Source: Bugula neritina
Lineage: Eukaryota > Animalia > Bryozoa
Reading direction: 5' to 3'
Length of the DNA stretch: 64,000 nt
NCBI GenBank assembly: GCA_964035545.1
Contig: OZ037766.1
Location: 15,862,722 to 15,926,721 of the forward strand
Shown here: positions 37,301 through 52,300 of the stretch, in pieces
Position numbering within the stretch: the first letter of the stretch is position 1
Layout: each line of letters begins with the position of its first letter
Notes under the pieces: model-generated
What the model was told of the DNA's origin: nothing
The model's input: only the letters and a program-made list of their open reading frames with translations
Databases searched by the model: none
Translations under genes and position numbers: made by a program

Positions 37301-40300
37301 TTTTTATTTTGCAAATTTGCAAGTTGCCTGAAGTAGTAGATATGGAAAGCTCTCTTTAGTTTCTGTATGCAAATTATTTTTCAAAATGTGTTTTGTAATA
37401 TCCATACATGCTCTATTTAACCGTTACTCTTTAATATACTTGTTTTTAAACATAGACAATGGGGACTGATTTAGTACTCCATTGGTTGATTCAAAGCTGT
37501 CATAATTGTTTTATTGGAAAATATTTTTGGAGGATATGAAACTTTTTGGCATAGTTTATTCATAGTGTTGTTGTAATTTTTTGCCAACTTTAGCAACTGT
37601 TTTAGTCCATTTGATCAGATATGTAAGATTTCTTGTGACAAGGATTCACATGCGGCTTTACTTGACCTGTTTTGTTCCATAGTTGATGCTTTTTTAACGT
37701 ATACTTGTGACTTTATAAAGCAGGCTTTAATTGATTGAGACTTTGCTTTGTGTTTGGTCTTTTTCCGCGTAAAGGTGCTCTAGTTTTGCTGTATTTTGCT
37801 TCAGAGAGTCTATGATGAAGATTTAGAACCATCAAACTCGGGTGAAGGAGATGATTCTGCTGACAAACAGAGCCAGGTCAGCTGTGTTTAAATTATGTAA
37901 TACGTTTCTTTAATTGAAGTTATTGCAATTATACAGATGAAAAAAGTAGCTAAAAGCTTGTCTTCATTCTTTTTTCTGCAGAATGAAAAGAGTAAAGAAC
38001 AGGTGGAGTTGGAGTTAATACCCAAGATATCAGAAGCTGTCAAACTGGGTTTGAATGTGTTGGATACAGCTTATGAAAAGTTAGTCTATCTTTTTACTTT
38101 TAGTTTGTTCTACATTACAGAGTTTACCAATACCTAGAGTCCTAGACTGTTTCAAATGCTCTTCGTGTTTTAACACACAATAATGCCTATTTCCCAGTTA
38201 TTTTGGTGAGAAAAGTACATTATTTGTTGCTGGTATGGAAAGAGTAAGCATTTATTAGAGCCTATAGGCCGTTTGTAATAAAGAGTTGTCTTCTTTGCCA
38301 TGTAATTATTAAGTATGAATTGTAGACTTGATGCTAATATTGAGGAAGTAGATTCGGACGATGAGGATGGTTATCATGCTGAGCCCATGTTGGAGGTCAA
38401 GGACCCATATGTACTTCGATCACTTCCAGTGTTGATAGGGAGTGACGCTTTCCATCAGCAAGATAATGTGGGTTTGGTTGATGTGCCTTCAGGTAAGCTA
38501 TTCCTGCTAACTTCTCGTGAGTTGTGCACTGTGTTTTAAAATCAAGACCTGGTCCAAGTCAGAAGCACTCAAAAACCGCAGTTCTTTAAATGACTGAGTT
38601 TTAGGCTTAAAGCTGTTAAATCTTACTACTGCTAGACTACATTTGAAAAATTATTACATAAACTATCTGCATTAAGAGCTGGTCTTCACTTTGTGTTGTC
38701 TAGATGACGAGCCATCAGATCATGGCAGTATCAGTGAGTCTGAAGAGGAAGTTGTAGAAGAAGACACCCCTGTGATTCACGCAACACATCTCTCCGACTA
38801 CTCCTACTCAGATAGTGACGAGGAAGCTAAACCCTCTAGTAGCAGAAGACCTGTACAAGTGAGTATCACACTTCTGCTTTCTCAAACCTTTTATAACACA
38901 AAACTATTTCATTTCGCATGTAATTAAGTGTTTTATTAAAATTTGAAAATTTTCATGTGTAGATCAGGACAGGGTAAATATATTAATTTATTGCTAATTA
39001 GAGAAATTTATAGGCTAGTTTTTAAATGTAGTTTGTAGGAAATGAAATTAATAATTAAGGTAAATGGTAATAATTGCATTTGCTTATATTGTGATGGCAT
39101 ATTTCAATCCGTTTCACAATCAATGTGCTCTAAACTCCTTTGGTTCTCTATAATATTCCGAGTAAATGCTAGCTAAGAGCACCTTGTTTTTAGTTACCCA
39201 ATATTCTACAAGTACTAAATGGTGAAATGTTTAACGTTTCCGTCACAGGGCTTATATTTTTATCACTTTTTTAGCATTTCGCAATTTATTGCTTTGATTA
39301 AACTCAATTATCAAAATTGAAAGATTTGGTTAAAATTAGTCTATTCAGTTCTATGTTTTATTAAAATATTCTTACATTTAATGTTCTGTGTTGACAATTG
39401 AATGTGTGTCTGTTATTTACTAAACAGGCGTTCAGTTCAGAGTCAGGATCTGAATCAGAAGATGATGAAAAGCCTTCCACGACTGCTGTTGCTAAACGTA
39501 GTGACACAGAAGAGAGCGAGACGGAGGCTGTGGCAACTTCCGGGGCTCCACTTGACTTCTCTTCAGAGTTGGCTAAAAAGTTAGGAGGTTCTGCGGTGTC
39601 TGATCCGAGTAAGTCTCTTTATAGTAGACACTTTCTAAACACATGTCATGAGCAGAGATCTACAACTATAACATGTACAACTTTGGTTTCTGATGGCTCA
39701 CTTTTTTGTTCAAAGTTGTTATTTATAAGAGCAAAAGTTTCAATATTGGGTTGTTTGCCACAATCATACCGTTGGGTATTTATTTAAATCAGCTGTTGGT
39801 TAAAGTCTACAATATCTTTTGGCTGAAACTGCTAGTAAAGTTCATTTAGTAAAGTATGTCTAGTTAAATTTATAAATTAATATATTATAATTTCAAAAAC
39901 ATTTTTAAAGCTGGTTTAGTAGGACTTTATGTGCCAATTGAGTCTTCTTCTTGTAATTTGTTTTAGCAGGTGGTTGTAAGTTGTATTACAAAGTCAGAAA
40001 GACAACCCATTAATAGTCTTTTTATTCCTTCCTCATGCTTAAACTAACGCAAGCTTTTTGTTAATAATGCATGCGTGACCACATTTCATTGGTGATTTGG
40101 TTGCAGGTGCATTTTCTAAACAGCCCAGCAAGTCAAAAAGAAGTGACAGTAAATCTTCTGTTGAATCAAAGAAAGACAAGAAAAAGAAGAAAAAGAAACC
40201 TGCAGCATTTGCTGGTATGAGTCTATTTATTGTAGTTGTTTTGAACAAATTTGAACATCTAAGTACAATGTTTGTTGCTTTTGTTGTTGCAGTCTAAACT

Positions 40301-43300
40301 CAGTTTTCAAGTTACAAAAGTATTTGTGTCTTCTTTTTGTTTTAAATCTTAATTAAAATATCTTGCAGTTATTTCATATTTAGAGATAGACACTCTGTGC
40401 TGTAGATGATGATGAGGACATGTTTGGGACGGTGGAAAGTGATGATGATGGTTTGTTTAGTTCCCGTGGAGGTATTTTTGACACTGGCGGAGGCCTGTTT
40501 GACAATAAGACCTCACAGGATGACGGTGGTCTGTTTGATGATGTGGCAGATGTAGATGTTCGTCATTTAAGATCGAGAGAAGAGTTGTCTAGTGGTAATG
40601 AAATTAGCAAAATTTGGATTAGTGATGTAATCAAGTTTTGTTGCAAGTCAGAAAAAAGACAAAGAAGTTTATGCTATGATGTTTTAAATCATTAATTAAT
40701 ATTCTAGAAGATGAACAACCACCTGTAGTTACTGCACAGGCACCTGCTAAGCCTAAGCAAGCACCTGTTAAGAAAGCAGCTGCCACAACAAATCTGTTTG
40801 ACTCTGATTCAGACGATGATGACATGTTCTCCCAGCCTGCTGCAAAGTCTAAGCCTCCAGCTTCTAAAACAAGTAACTTGAGAATTACTGCTTCCCTAAA
40901 CAGTTCTTCCTTATCTATTAACAAATTACTGATCATTATGTTTCAAGCCAATAAAACAATTGATTGAAAGACGTCAAATGAAGCTAGCATGTGTGCTACT
41001 CGGTGTAAATCTAGGCAGCTCATTACTATATTATGCTTATTTAAAATCTAGCAGTGCCTGATGAGTGTCCTAACTAGGTTATTGTTGAAAAGTGAATGCA
41101 TGTTTTATGTTTTATCTTCTGTGTTGTACACATTCTACTGCAGAGTTTAATTTCTCCACAGTATTTGATGAAGAGGATGACGAGTCAGGTAGCTCACTTA
41201 AGCCACCTGGTGATGTTTCCAGAACTCGAACTGCCAGTGGACGAAAGGTGCCAGCAGGTGCTGTGTCTATGTTTGGAACTGCTGGAGGAGGAAATCCATT
41301 GGCATCTGCTTTGTCCAAAAGAAGAGTTTCTTCATCTTCGGTAAGTCTTTCTTTCCTTATACTTGATAAGAAGATTTTTTGGGACTTCAGTTCAATTATT
41401 GAAAAAAATCTTTTTCCCAATATTAGGTTTTCTCATGAAAAATGCTATGGTATGTGAAAAACGCAAAATGCTATGTGCTGATAACGTAAGGCCTTTTGAT
41501 CAGTGCTTTGAATTTGCACCGTTTTTTCGTGACCATCTGCAAATCTAGATTAGCTAAATAGTTAAAAAAAACATGGAAAATTAACCAAGATTAAAAAGAA
41601 CCTTGATTATTTAGTTGCATTTATTGATATTTTATTAGTTTTGGACAAAAACCCATATACATTAGCAGTTAAATTGTGAAAAATAGCTAAAAACTGGAGG
41701 TTTCGAGTGTGTACTAAATTAAGTAAAATGACCCATATAATAAGTAACCCAAAATATTTTGGGTTTGTTTTGCAGCTTTCTGATGTCATTTTAGAGCCAA
41801 TTTTTAGTTTGCTGTCAAATTATCTGTAAGTGAAAACTGATCTAGCATTTTGAAATCTCTCTGTTGAGCTTCCACCCTTTCCATCTTGCCATTCTCTACA
41901 CTTCTTTAGTCTGAAGAAAATGATGCAAGTGCTGATGACTCCAAAGAAAAGAAAAAACCGTCTCTCGAGTCTACCCATTCACCTGCAGCCCCTGTCTCTA
42001 AGTCAGCAGAAAACAGCGGTGGTGGTGGGCTATTCAGTTCTACTGACAGCGATAATGACGGTGGTGATGACTTGTTTGGTTCTTCCTCAGTCAACAAACC
42101 TACCACATCAGAAACTAAAAAGAAGGTAATCTTGTGTAACTTTGCACGTGGTATATAGTTCTAGCAGCATTTTAGCATTCTTGAGAGATGTTTTGAGATT
42201 ACATCTCATGATCAGAGCAGAAACCTAACCATTATTTGTATACTTCTTGACATTTTCTTCAACATTTAACTGTGTCCCCATTATTACTTAATGTTTTTAA
42301 AAATGAGGTGTTTTTTTTATTGAGTTATTGATACCTGTTAACAATCACAGTTTAGTTTTCTTTTTAAACATGTACCATTCCATTGTTGTTTAGCTACCAC
42401 CAGGCGCTGTTTCACTGTTTGGTAACAACACTAATCCTCTGGCAGCTTCCATCAAGAAGAGAGCTGACACTAGGCTATCGGTTAGTTATATATGTAAATT
42501 TGGCAATGCAGATTATTTCTAATCTAGTGAGTTATAATCAACTTGTGTTTCGATTGATCATTGCATCTTATATTCATGTAGCAGAACCTTGTTTTCATCA
42601 ATAGCATAATATGCATGTAGGAAGCAGCCGTGATCTAGGGGTTAGAGCACTGGCTTAGTAAAACTGTAGTCATCCGTTTGATTCCCAGTAAAGGCCTTTG
42701 GTGATGTTAGGAAGAGCATCCAGTCATATGCATAGGTCCTTAGCCCGATTTAAGAAAAACCCTTCTCATCAGGGGTTTTCACAGGGATAGTGACTATAAA
42801 CTTGCATGTACTAAGTTCGTTGTGTCAAATACGCAATATCTCTTCAAGATGCGTAGTGTTTAAAGCAGATCGACACTGATATAGTGGGAAGGTTGTTACA
42901 ATGGTGTAATTTGTGCTTATCTGTTTTATTACCTGTTTTACACAGTGCTATGCTCACTATAGTATTTCGGTCTTGAACATGTAATGAATAATTATTACAC
43001 TCCATGGTTTTATCAATTAACAAACATTTTAAAGTAGTTCAAAGCTGCTAAACTTCTGATATATAACTGTGCAATAGAACTCAATTTATTTCTGCTTATA
43101 GTTCTAATCATAATTATTATGTTTATTTTCAGTCAGTGCACTCACTGTATTTATAATGTAAGATCCAGTAAAAACATTGAAAAGGCCATCTGTAAGTCAC
43201 CCTAACAACAAAAACCCAAAGAATTAAAACTATTTTAGTTCTAACTGACCATATTTACAGAACCTTTTGCTGTTTGCTATATTCTCCACCAAACCAGTTC

Positions 43301-46300
43301 ATCACACTCAAGTCGCCCAAGCTAATTTATTGAAAACATATGTGTGCAAAATGTGCTATACAATAATGAGCCGGTTCTAAAACTCTATTTAAGTTGTAGC
43401 TAAGAATTTATGCAAATCTTAACACTACATAGGTATAATTAGGCAGCCTTGCTTTAATCAAATCAGTTGAGCAAGCATGTCGGTGCACACTATCACACTA
43501 AGACATTTTAGAGTTCAACTACATTTTAAATGTACCCTTGCTATGAAGACTTGTTACTTCAACCTTATGATTTAGAATGAAGAAGATGGTTGGAGTGAAG
43601 AAGAATCAGAGAAAGACGCCACTGATAAGAAGTCCAAACCTGGGTCAGTACAAGTTTTAATTATCCCGCAAACTCATGTAATCATCACACTCGCCTATTA
43701 AATTCAGTGTTTCAATTGCATTGTTTCAAATTTTATGTGTTGGAAGCAATGTTTTTGTTGGATGGCCTAAATGGTCGAGTGAATTAATATAATTGAATAA
43801 CTTTAATTTTTACTAGAAATAAAAATAAGTTACATTCTGGAACTCATGGAATATTGTTAAAGTATTCAAAGAGGTATATAGGTTTTCGGGTTGCGAAATA
43901 AATATGTGAAGCTTAACTATTCTTTCAGTTTTGTAGATCAACTATATAACTGTAAAGCATGTAAATTAGTATGTTGTGTTAATTCTAGTGTGAGTAATGA
44001 GTCAGTCCCTGACCCCAAACCTGCGTCTAGTGGAGGACTGTTTGAGGACGATGACAACGAAGATGATTTGTTTGGATCCAATGCTAAGTCTAGTAGCAAC
44101 TCACGGTGAGTGAGAGGCCTTATATCTTGTCTTTCAAATATTGAGTGGTTTACACATGTGCCTAATTGTGATTATATTTGGAAGTTTATTTCAACTTTAT
44201 AACTACCATGTCTCGTGCTTTATTGTTTTAATCCTTTCACCGGTGTCTTAAATATTGCAGAGCAAGCAAGAAACCTGCAGGAGGTGTTTCCGTTTTTGCC
44301 TCAGCCACTTCTAAGGTCAGTGAAATTTAATTTCTTTTGTTTGAAAATGCTTTATACTATTTTTTTTCTAAAAAAAATAATCAAAACTTCACTCTCGTGT
44401 TAAATACTTGAAAATGATTGATGTTTATAAATCAGGTTTTATTGGCATGGTGTTAATTCATTTTTTTTATAGAATTTATATGTCTTGCTGCAACTTGAAG
44501 CCTGCCTGTTTTTGTTTATGAAGTGTTTACTTGCTGCTTATTGGGTATATGACTACTTTTACCTGCAGCCCAAAGTCACTGGGGTATCATTATTTGGCGA
44601 TGAAGATGACGACAATGAAGATCTCTTCTCAACTACAGCAAAATCTAATACTGAAAAGAAAAGTGGGCAACAAGCACCTGCTAAGCAATCTTCTGGAAAA
44701 ACACCTGCTAAAGGATTATTCAGTGACAGTGATGATGATGGTGACCTATTCTCATCTGCGCCTCTCAAATCCAACCAGACACCCAGTGTCTTAACTAGTA
44801 ATAAATCTGCCAATAAAAGTTTGTTCAGTGATTCTGGTGAAGAAAGTCCGGTTAATGATAATCCTTTAAATGTCACTGTATCGAAACAAGCACCTGTCAA
44901 ACCTTCTGTCAAGCAAGAGCCTGCCATAACAATACCTGTTACTAAAGCACCTGCATCTAAAGGTCTCTTTAGTGACTCAGATGATGACATGTTTGGCGGT
45001 GAAAAACTGCCAAGTGATAAAGCCACTGCTAACCCACCGGGTGTAAAGCAACCACCTGCTAGTAAAGGTCTTTTCAGCGATTCTGATGACAATGACATGT
45101 TTACTCAGACGTCTCGCACCACAAAGCCGGATCCTAAGATGACTAAAACCAAGACTCCTGGGCCGTTTGACGAATCAGATGATGATATGTTTTCAGGGAA
45201 GGATAAAGAAATAAGCAAATCTGCTGTCATTGCAGAAGGTAGATTTACTCTTTGTTTACTTCTCTATGTCTATGCTTATTCTTCCTTCTCCATAATATCT
45301 TACTTTTTAATCTCTTTCTTTAACACAAATGGAAGTCGTTGAAAGTATGATGTACTAACATTTATCAACACTCAGTATTTACTGTGTTTGATATAAAAAT
45401 GCTGTAGTTTAATTTAGAAACAAATATTTTCTAGTATTGCTATGTGTTTTATATTTTCATATATTAAATAGCATATTGAATTGTTGCTGTAGATACCAAG
45501 ACTAGACCATCTGTCAAACCGGCTGTCACTAAGGGTGGCCTATTTAGCAGTGAATCTGATGATGATTTGTTTAGTGCTCAGGCTAAATCCAAGCCGCTGG
45601 TCAAGGAGGAAGAAAGTGCCAGTCTCCATAGCAACACTGATGCTGTTCCTAAAAAAGGTTGGTATACCTGACATTGCACAATACGGTTATCTTGTAGGTG
45701 TTCAACTATGTTATTGTGTTGTTGTGGCAATATATTGCAAGTTGTAATATGCAAAATATTTATACTAAATGAAGTATTGTCAGCTGTAAAGGAAATGATA
45801 ATTTTAACATTGACATTTAAAAATGACAGTCTATTTTGAAGTGTAGCAGTTAATTGAAAACATGTATGAATACAAAATCTGTAAGATGGTTTTTTTCAAG
45901 TTTACAGTGCTGGTTAGTCCAGTCCTAGTAGCAGGAGGCTGCAACTAAGTTTGAATTTGAACATATTGCAATTTTTTATTGGTAGACATCAGTAGTAAGA
46001 AAAGCTTTGAGCCTAGAAGCCATAGTTACATGTTATGAACCAGGAAAGTTTATTGGTTTGGGATATGCAGATGCTAGAACGTTTCCCAAAGCTGTTTGCC
46101 AGCTTCTAAAATCATCAACCAGCAATATATACTGATCTAAATTGTTATAACTTGTTATTGTTGTTTTAGCACTCAGCATTATTATTTATCAATTTGCTTG
46201 ACAATTATGCTAAACTGATATGTGGGACAGAGAAAAAGTGGAGTAAAAAATAAACACATTCTTTTCTAGGCTCCATCATTGCTCACACATTTTGTGATAG

Positions 46301-49300
46301 AATCCTGGAAAAAGCACTTTTGGTATTAGTGCTAGTATGTGGTCAGAAATATTCCATTTTGCATTGTTCTACTTCCAAATTGTTTTCTACCTTTAAAACA
46401 TCTGCTGCGCACCATTTGCTAGCGAGTTCTGTATTGCGAGTAGACAACTTCTCTGCACTTTAGTGAGCAGGTAATTTAGGCTTTAGTAAATAGCTGCACC
46501 TGTGTGGAATTTGAAATATGGACCTAAAATGCAATATCTAATATCTCTGTGCCGTACTAAGCATATTTAGCAAAGTAGAAAGGATTTTGGCTGTCTGCTA
46601 ACTTTAATAAAATTGTGGTATACACATACAATAAATGCATGAGATCATATTGTAACATTGCTTATATTTGCATTAGTATAAACACGTAACGGTTGTTATA
46701 ACAACTCAATTTTGCAGATTTTCAAAGCTCATTATATTTGTAATTTATACAGAAAATAGATGAGTGCGTAGAATAAATGTCAGGTGCCTATTAGGAGATA
46801 GTGCTGTATAAAAGCTAATTTCTGTCGTGTGGCATTGTTTGTGTGGCTTTGATTGTAGCAGATAGTTGTTATATAAGAAATAGTTTAAATATACATCAGA
46901 AACCTAAGTTATCAGTGAAAAATATATACCTATAAGCAGTGGAGTCTGAAATTAATTGGCTCTTTTTTCAATTTTAGAAGCTGATAATGAAGCAGACACA
47001 GTGGTAAGTAATTTCTGTTCGGAACCTGTTTGGAAGTTTCATCATTTCAAATATAATGTTGGATCATATTTTTCTTTCACAATCTTAGCCAGCTAGTACT
47101 CGGTTTCTCTACCTATATTTTGCTGTTATGTCTAGCCCAGATAAAATGATTAGTTATTATTTTTCAAGGAGGTTGTAAAACCCAAAAAGCCAGCTGGTGC
47201 TGTATCAATGTTTGGCGGGCTTGATCCGACAGCCCTATTGAAAAAAAAGAAAGTACTAAGCAAGGATGAGGCTCAGTCATCATCTGGTAAGATGCTGGTA
47301 TATGCAGATTGTAGTGCTGCGCTGTTGTCACTACTATGCCTGTACTATTACCAGGTTATAGTTGGAGTTACTGTAATTTTTGCATCAATGTTTTTTAGAT
47401 AGGCAGATCATTGCTATATTTTAGAGCTGATAATTATTATAATTCAAGTATAAATTAATTTCCATTTCTCTATCTAATCAAATTATAATATCAATCAGTT
47501 TTTATCTCCTAGCTGAGAATGATTGTATTAAATGCATTAACATAACCTGCATGATGTACTCCTTTACTTCTGATTCCTTTCATATCCTGTAACCTTCGAG
47601 TTTATGAATTCAGCTCTGAGCTGCTATATAATGGTACTGATGATGAACCAAGGCGAATAGTTTAGTGGAGTCTACTCTGTAGAGTATTGACTTCAAAATG
47701 ACTTCAATTCACAGTCTGAAGTATCACCGATTTAATACATTATTTTTTCTCATGGAGGGATAACTTCTACTATTTATGTCATTTGCATGATTGCTCTGCT
47801 TTCTCTACATGCAGCTAAATCAATTGATTCTACTCTGGTTAGTAAAACGGCCGGCAAGAATTTACCTGCTCAAAAGTCTCTCTTTGATTCAGATTCTTCT
47901 GATGATGACTTATTTTCAAATAGATCTCAGACCAGAAAACCGCCGTCTGTTCGAAAAAAAGGTAGCTTCTTTTCCCTCATGTGCATGCTTTGTGTCTGCC
48001 AGCATCTTGAGGCACACTTCCAGTGTATTTTGGGATTGAAGCAAGTGAAAAGGTTTTCAATTAAATTAAATCTTAGTTAATGTTGCATTTTATTAAAATG
48101 TATGCTTAGTTTACAAACACATTTGATTCCAGTCACACATATTTTCAGTGGAAGTCTTCAAATTGTAGTGATGGAAAGTATAAAGAATCTGGAAAGTTGC
48201 AAATGTTTTAATATTCTGGAGTACGGCAGACACTAGACACAAAGCATTCATTGGCTCATTTTATTAATTTTGTTAAGTTTTTAACAAACATTTCTAGCTT
48301 TTTGAATGTTGCATTATCTTTAAGCAATCTATTTCACTTTGTCTATGAAAATCACTCCATTTCTTTCCTCTTGGTGAATGGAAAATCTTAAATCAGAACA
48401 ATTATGATGTGATTAAATGACTTCTTAGCTCACCTTAGTTGTGTTTCTATAATGCTGCTTGAGTAAATTGATAATAACTTGTTGTATTTTTACTAAAGTC
48501 AAAGCAGAATCAGTTCCAGCAGCTGATGTTGTCAAATCTAATGATGACCCTCTGCAACCAGCAAAATCTGAGCCTTTAGAGAAACCTAAATCTTCGGTAT
48601 CGGTGGGGAAAGTATCAAGCAATCCTCTAGGAATAAACCCCCTGGCTCTAATGCCTGGTGCCGCTCCTCTTCGTAAAGAACAAGCATCAGCAGCTGTTGG
48701 GTTTGATACTCCCGCTGTTACTACCAATGTGCTACATAGTATGAACAAGGTGAGATGCTCTGCGTTACTGCATGAGATTATTATGGAGGCAGTAAATTGA
48801 AATGTGCAATTTGCTTTAACTGCAAGGGCCTGGTCGTACTAATATCACAGAATTAGATCAGCCTATTAGCGGTTGCAAGTAATTACACATATTTAATACG
48901 ACTTTCTAATGTAATGTGGGTGCACATTCTGAAATTTTAATAATTTTATTTGACAATTCATGATGAAAAATAATTTATATGTGAGGGTTAAACCTTTACA
49001 GTGACTGCTCTCTAAGCCTAAGACTACAGGCACAGTCAAACCCTTTAAGTTGGATAAATTATGTCACTTACTGGGTTTTCTCTTTTCTGTCAGTGTATTA
49101 GATAGGGCATCACTATTGACTACTAAATGAGTGGAAAAATGCTGTAAAGGTTCGAACCCCAAAACAGGAGAAATTGGTTTTTATTTTTTATAGTAACATG
49201 TAGCTCGAAGTGCATAAAGATAATTTTCAATATTTGATTGCTAGCATCTACTCGAATCTGTCTGGTTATTAAATACACAAAGTTTCTAGTGAATATTATT

Positions 49301-52300
49301 TTAATATTGAGTGCTGTATGCATCAGTCAGTTATGTTTGACTGCTACTACTGCAGTAAATTCTGGATTTCATAGAAAATGCTACTTGCCTAACACTGTAC
49401 TCTAGATATACAATGACCTTTGAAAGCTGATAGTGATGTAAATTTGTAAATTAAACTAACTTTTAATTTGTTTTTTTTTTTGCAGTCGAGAGCAAAAATA
49501 CAGCAAAAGAGGAAACCCCCTAGTAGATTTTCTAGAACAAAAGCACCATTAGAAGAGGGCACAACTCCTTCCCCCTCTGCTGCAGCAGATACACTTCCTG
49601 AACAAAATACTGAGAGATTGATGGCTTCTGCGCCGTTGGTTGGTGCACAAGTAGATACAGACTCACAGTTGAACAATAGTAAATCTAAGGCTATAAGCAA
49701 GACTGCCAGTGCTGCACCTAGTTCATTCCTTGATAGTGGTAGTGATAGCGATGATATATTTAGCAGTAAAACCAAACCTCCATCACTAGAAAAGAAAACC
49801 GAGACAAACGATCTTTTTAGCTCTAATCTAAGTTCTGGTACGGAAAAGGTAGAAAAGTCGGCTACTTCACTTAATAATGACCCACTTGATGCTGACAATG
49901 ATGACATGTTCTTCAAGCCTGTGGCAGCATCCATAACTGAGCAAAGTCCTGCAACTAGCGAGTTAGTTGGTAACAACAAGGAACCTGAGAATACTCAGTC
50001 AATATCTGATGAAGATTCACTGCCACTGCCCAAACATGTAGCAGTAAATGCTCAACCTAAAGTGGGGAGTCTTGGCCAAGATGCAGAGAATTCTGTGCCT
50101 TCTAAAGCTCGAGAGAATAAAGATTTCACGCTGGATGACTCTGATGATGATATATTTTCTTCAAAAACTAGTAAAAAGTCTGCCAAGTCGAAACCTGTGG
50201 TGGATATATTTGATGATGAGGATCTGTTTGGTCCTAGCAAAGCTGTCAAATCGAAAGGGTTCTTGGTAAGTCTTGCGTGATTGGAAAGCTCACTAACTCT
50301 TCAAGTGAAAACGATTTGGTAGTGAATTAAAATACATAGAACCTTACTTGCATCGAGATTTTCAACATGAAATTAAATTGAGATAAATGCTCTTGTTTAA
50401 TTAGTCTAGTATAGTGGCAAACCAATAAGCTTATAATCAGAATATTATTATTCAATCAATCTTGTCAAATCATTCATGTATAGAGAAAGTAATATAAACC
50501 CAAGAGCAGAACTAGATGAGATTTCATTTACTTGAAAGTTTTAAGTTTGATCTGTAAAATAATTTTGAAAAAGAGCGAGTGGTTTTGCCAAAACATTTAT
50601 CATAATGAATCCCCATTTTCCAAATTCTACGAAAATATGATCTATCAAGTGGTAGTAGTAGATCTGGTAGGAGTTTATATGCAATTTATTTTACAAAAGT
50701 AGTAATATTTCCATTTTCTGCTGTAATATAATCACGGAGACATGGTAGCGTTAGCTAAAATTGACTTGAGACACCTGAATTTCTGTACATTTTAGTTTAC
50801 TGGGTTCCAAATAATTTTTTCTCAAAATGAATTGTAAATATTTTATGAACACTTAGCTCACATTGCTTAGTTTTTCCTAACCTACTAACTTGGGTTTAAT
50901 TAATGTGCTTATTGTAGGATGACTTTGAAAATGAAGATGATTTGTTTAGCTCCACCCTTAAATCTGCTTCTAGTAAGAAGGCTGCTAAAGCTGTGACCAA
51001 GGTACTATACACTTTCCTTAATTCAAGCAACGGTCCCTTATGACTTTCAAATAGCACTACCTCACTTATATATGTATTATCAAAACATGTGCACATCTAG
51101 CTGCTACCTTTTTGATCTACTGGAACACGACATCACCATCAAGTGGACAGAGCAAACTGTTAATAAGACTGGCCGCAATTTCGATTTCTATTGCTCTTTC
51201 TGGTATTCATGTTAAACGCTGTGCTTCATGTTGTAATTATGGTCTGCGGTAACTAGCCTAACATTTAGTTTCTAAATGATCCTTGCTCAGCAAGAGAATT
51301 GGATCAACTGTAGTATGTTTTGAAATATATTATTTTCTTTTAAATATCAAGTTTTTCATCTTTTCCTAACCCAATACTATACCAATAAGCTGGCAACTAT
51401 CATTTATCACAGTCAAAATATTGGTCAAATTAAATTTGAAATAAGTCAATTTTTCTTCGTTTTGTATTTGTTTCCTGTTTCTAAATTGCACTCATCGATA
51501 TCGTCTGGCTCAAAATTACAAGCAAGATTAGGTGTAGGGCTGTTAAGAGTCAACTTAAATCACTGTGTTATCAGTTTAAATTAGCTATGTTTTTGTTGGC
51601 TAGTCAGTGGGTTGTTTATCATAGCATCATACCCACCATAATATTATAAATTATGCTAGATAACTATTTTGTGACCCACAAGGTGTCAACAAGCTTTTTT
51701 CAATTTTTTGACACTTTGATTAGCAATAACTTTGACTATTGATATCTACAGCTATGTTGTTTTTATTAAGAGTATTCATGGCCAGCATTTTAAGAGTGCA
51801 AACTGATGGTTCAGTATGTTGTACCAGTTCAGGTTAATTTGTAATAGAAATGAGTATTGATCAGTATTAGTTTTCTTTCACTCTATTTCTCCAATACTCC
51901 AATTCATTAGTTAAAACCTTCGACTCGCAAACTGTGCCATTATATGTTTGGGCATAAAACTCTAATATGGCGGTCAAGCCGTAGCTTAGATACTAATCAT
52001 ATATGTACTACTCAGTACAAACCAGAAATTGTTCTTTAAGCAGCTCAGAGTTGGGAGTGACTGAGTGCATGGTTTGGGATTCTCAAGTTTGGAGTCCCCA
52101 ACTCTAAACTTGAGAACCCCAAACTCCTGCACTCGGGTCACTTCCAACTCTAAGCTGCTTGTAGAACAATTCGTACACCTGTTCTGCTGACTCTGCCAAA
52201 TTTGTCATTGTGCCACTTGTTTTGTGACTCTCATATTGTACTGCGTGTAGTGCTCATTTACTATTAAAATGTGAAAGATGGTATTTGCAGACTATTCCAA

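Noticed and set aside
41015-41100. Hammerhead ribozyme core (CTGATGAG)
   Set aside because: No stem II or properly placed GAAA; a similar weak hit at ~62500 also fails.
44559-49979. Long minus-strand ORFs (179, 107 and 196 aa)
   Set aside because: Antisense shadows of low-complexity WASHC2 exons with no independent motifs.
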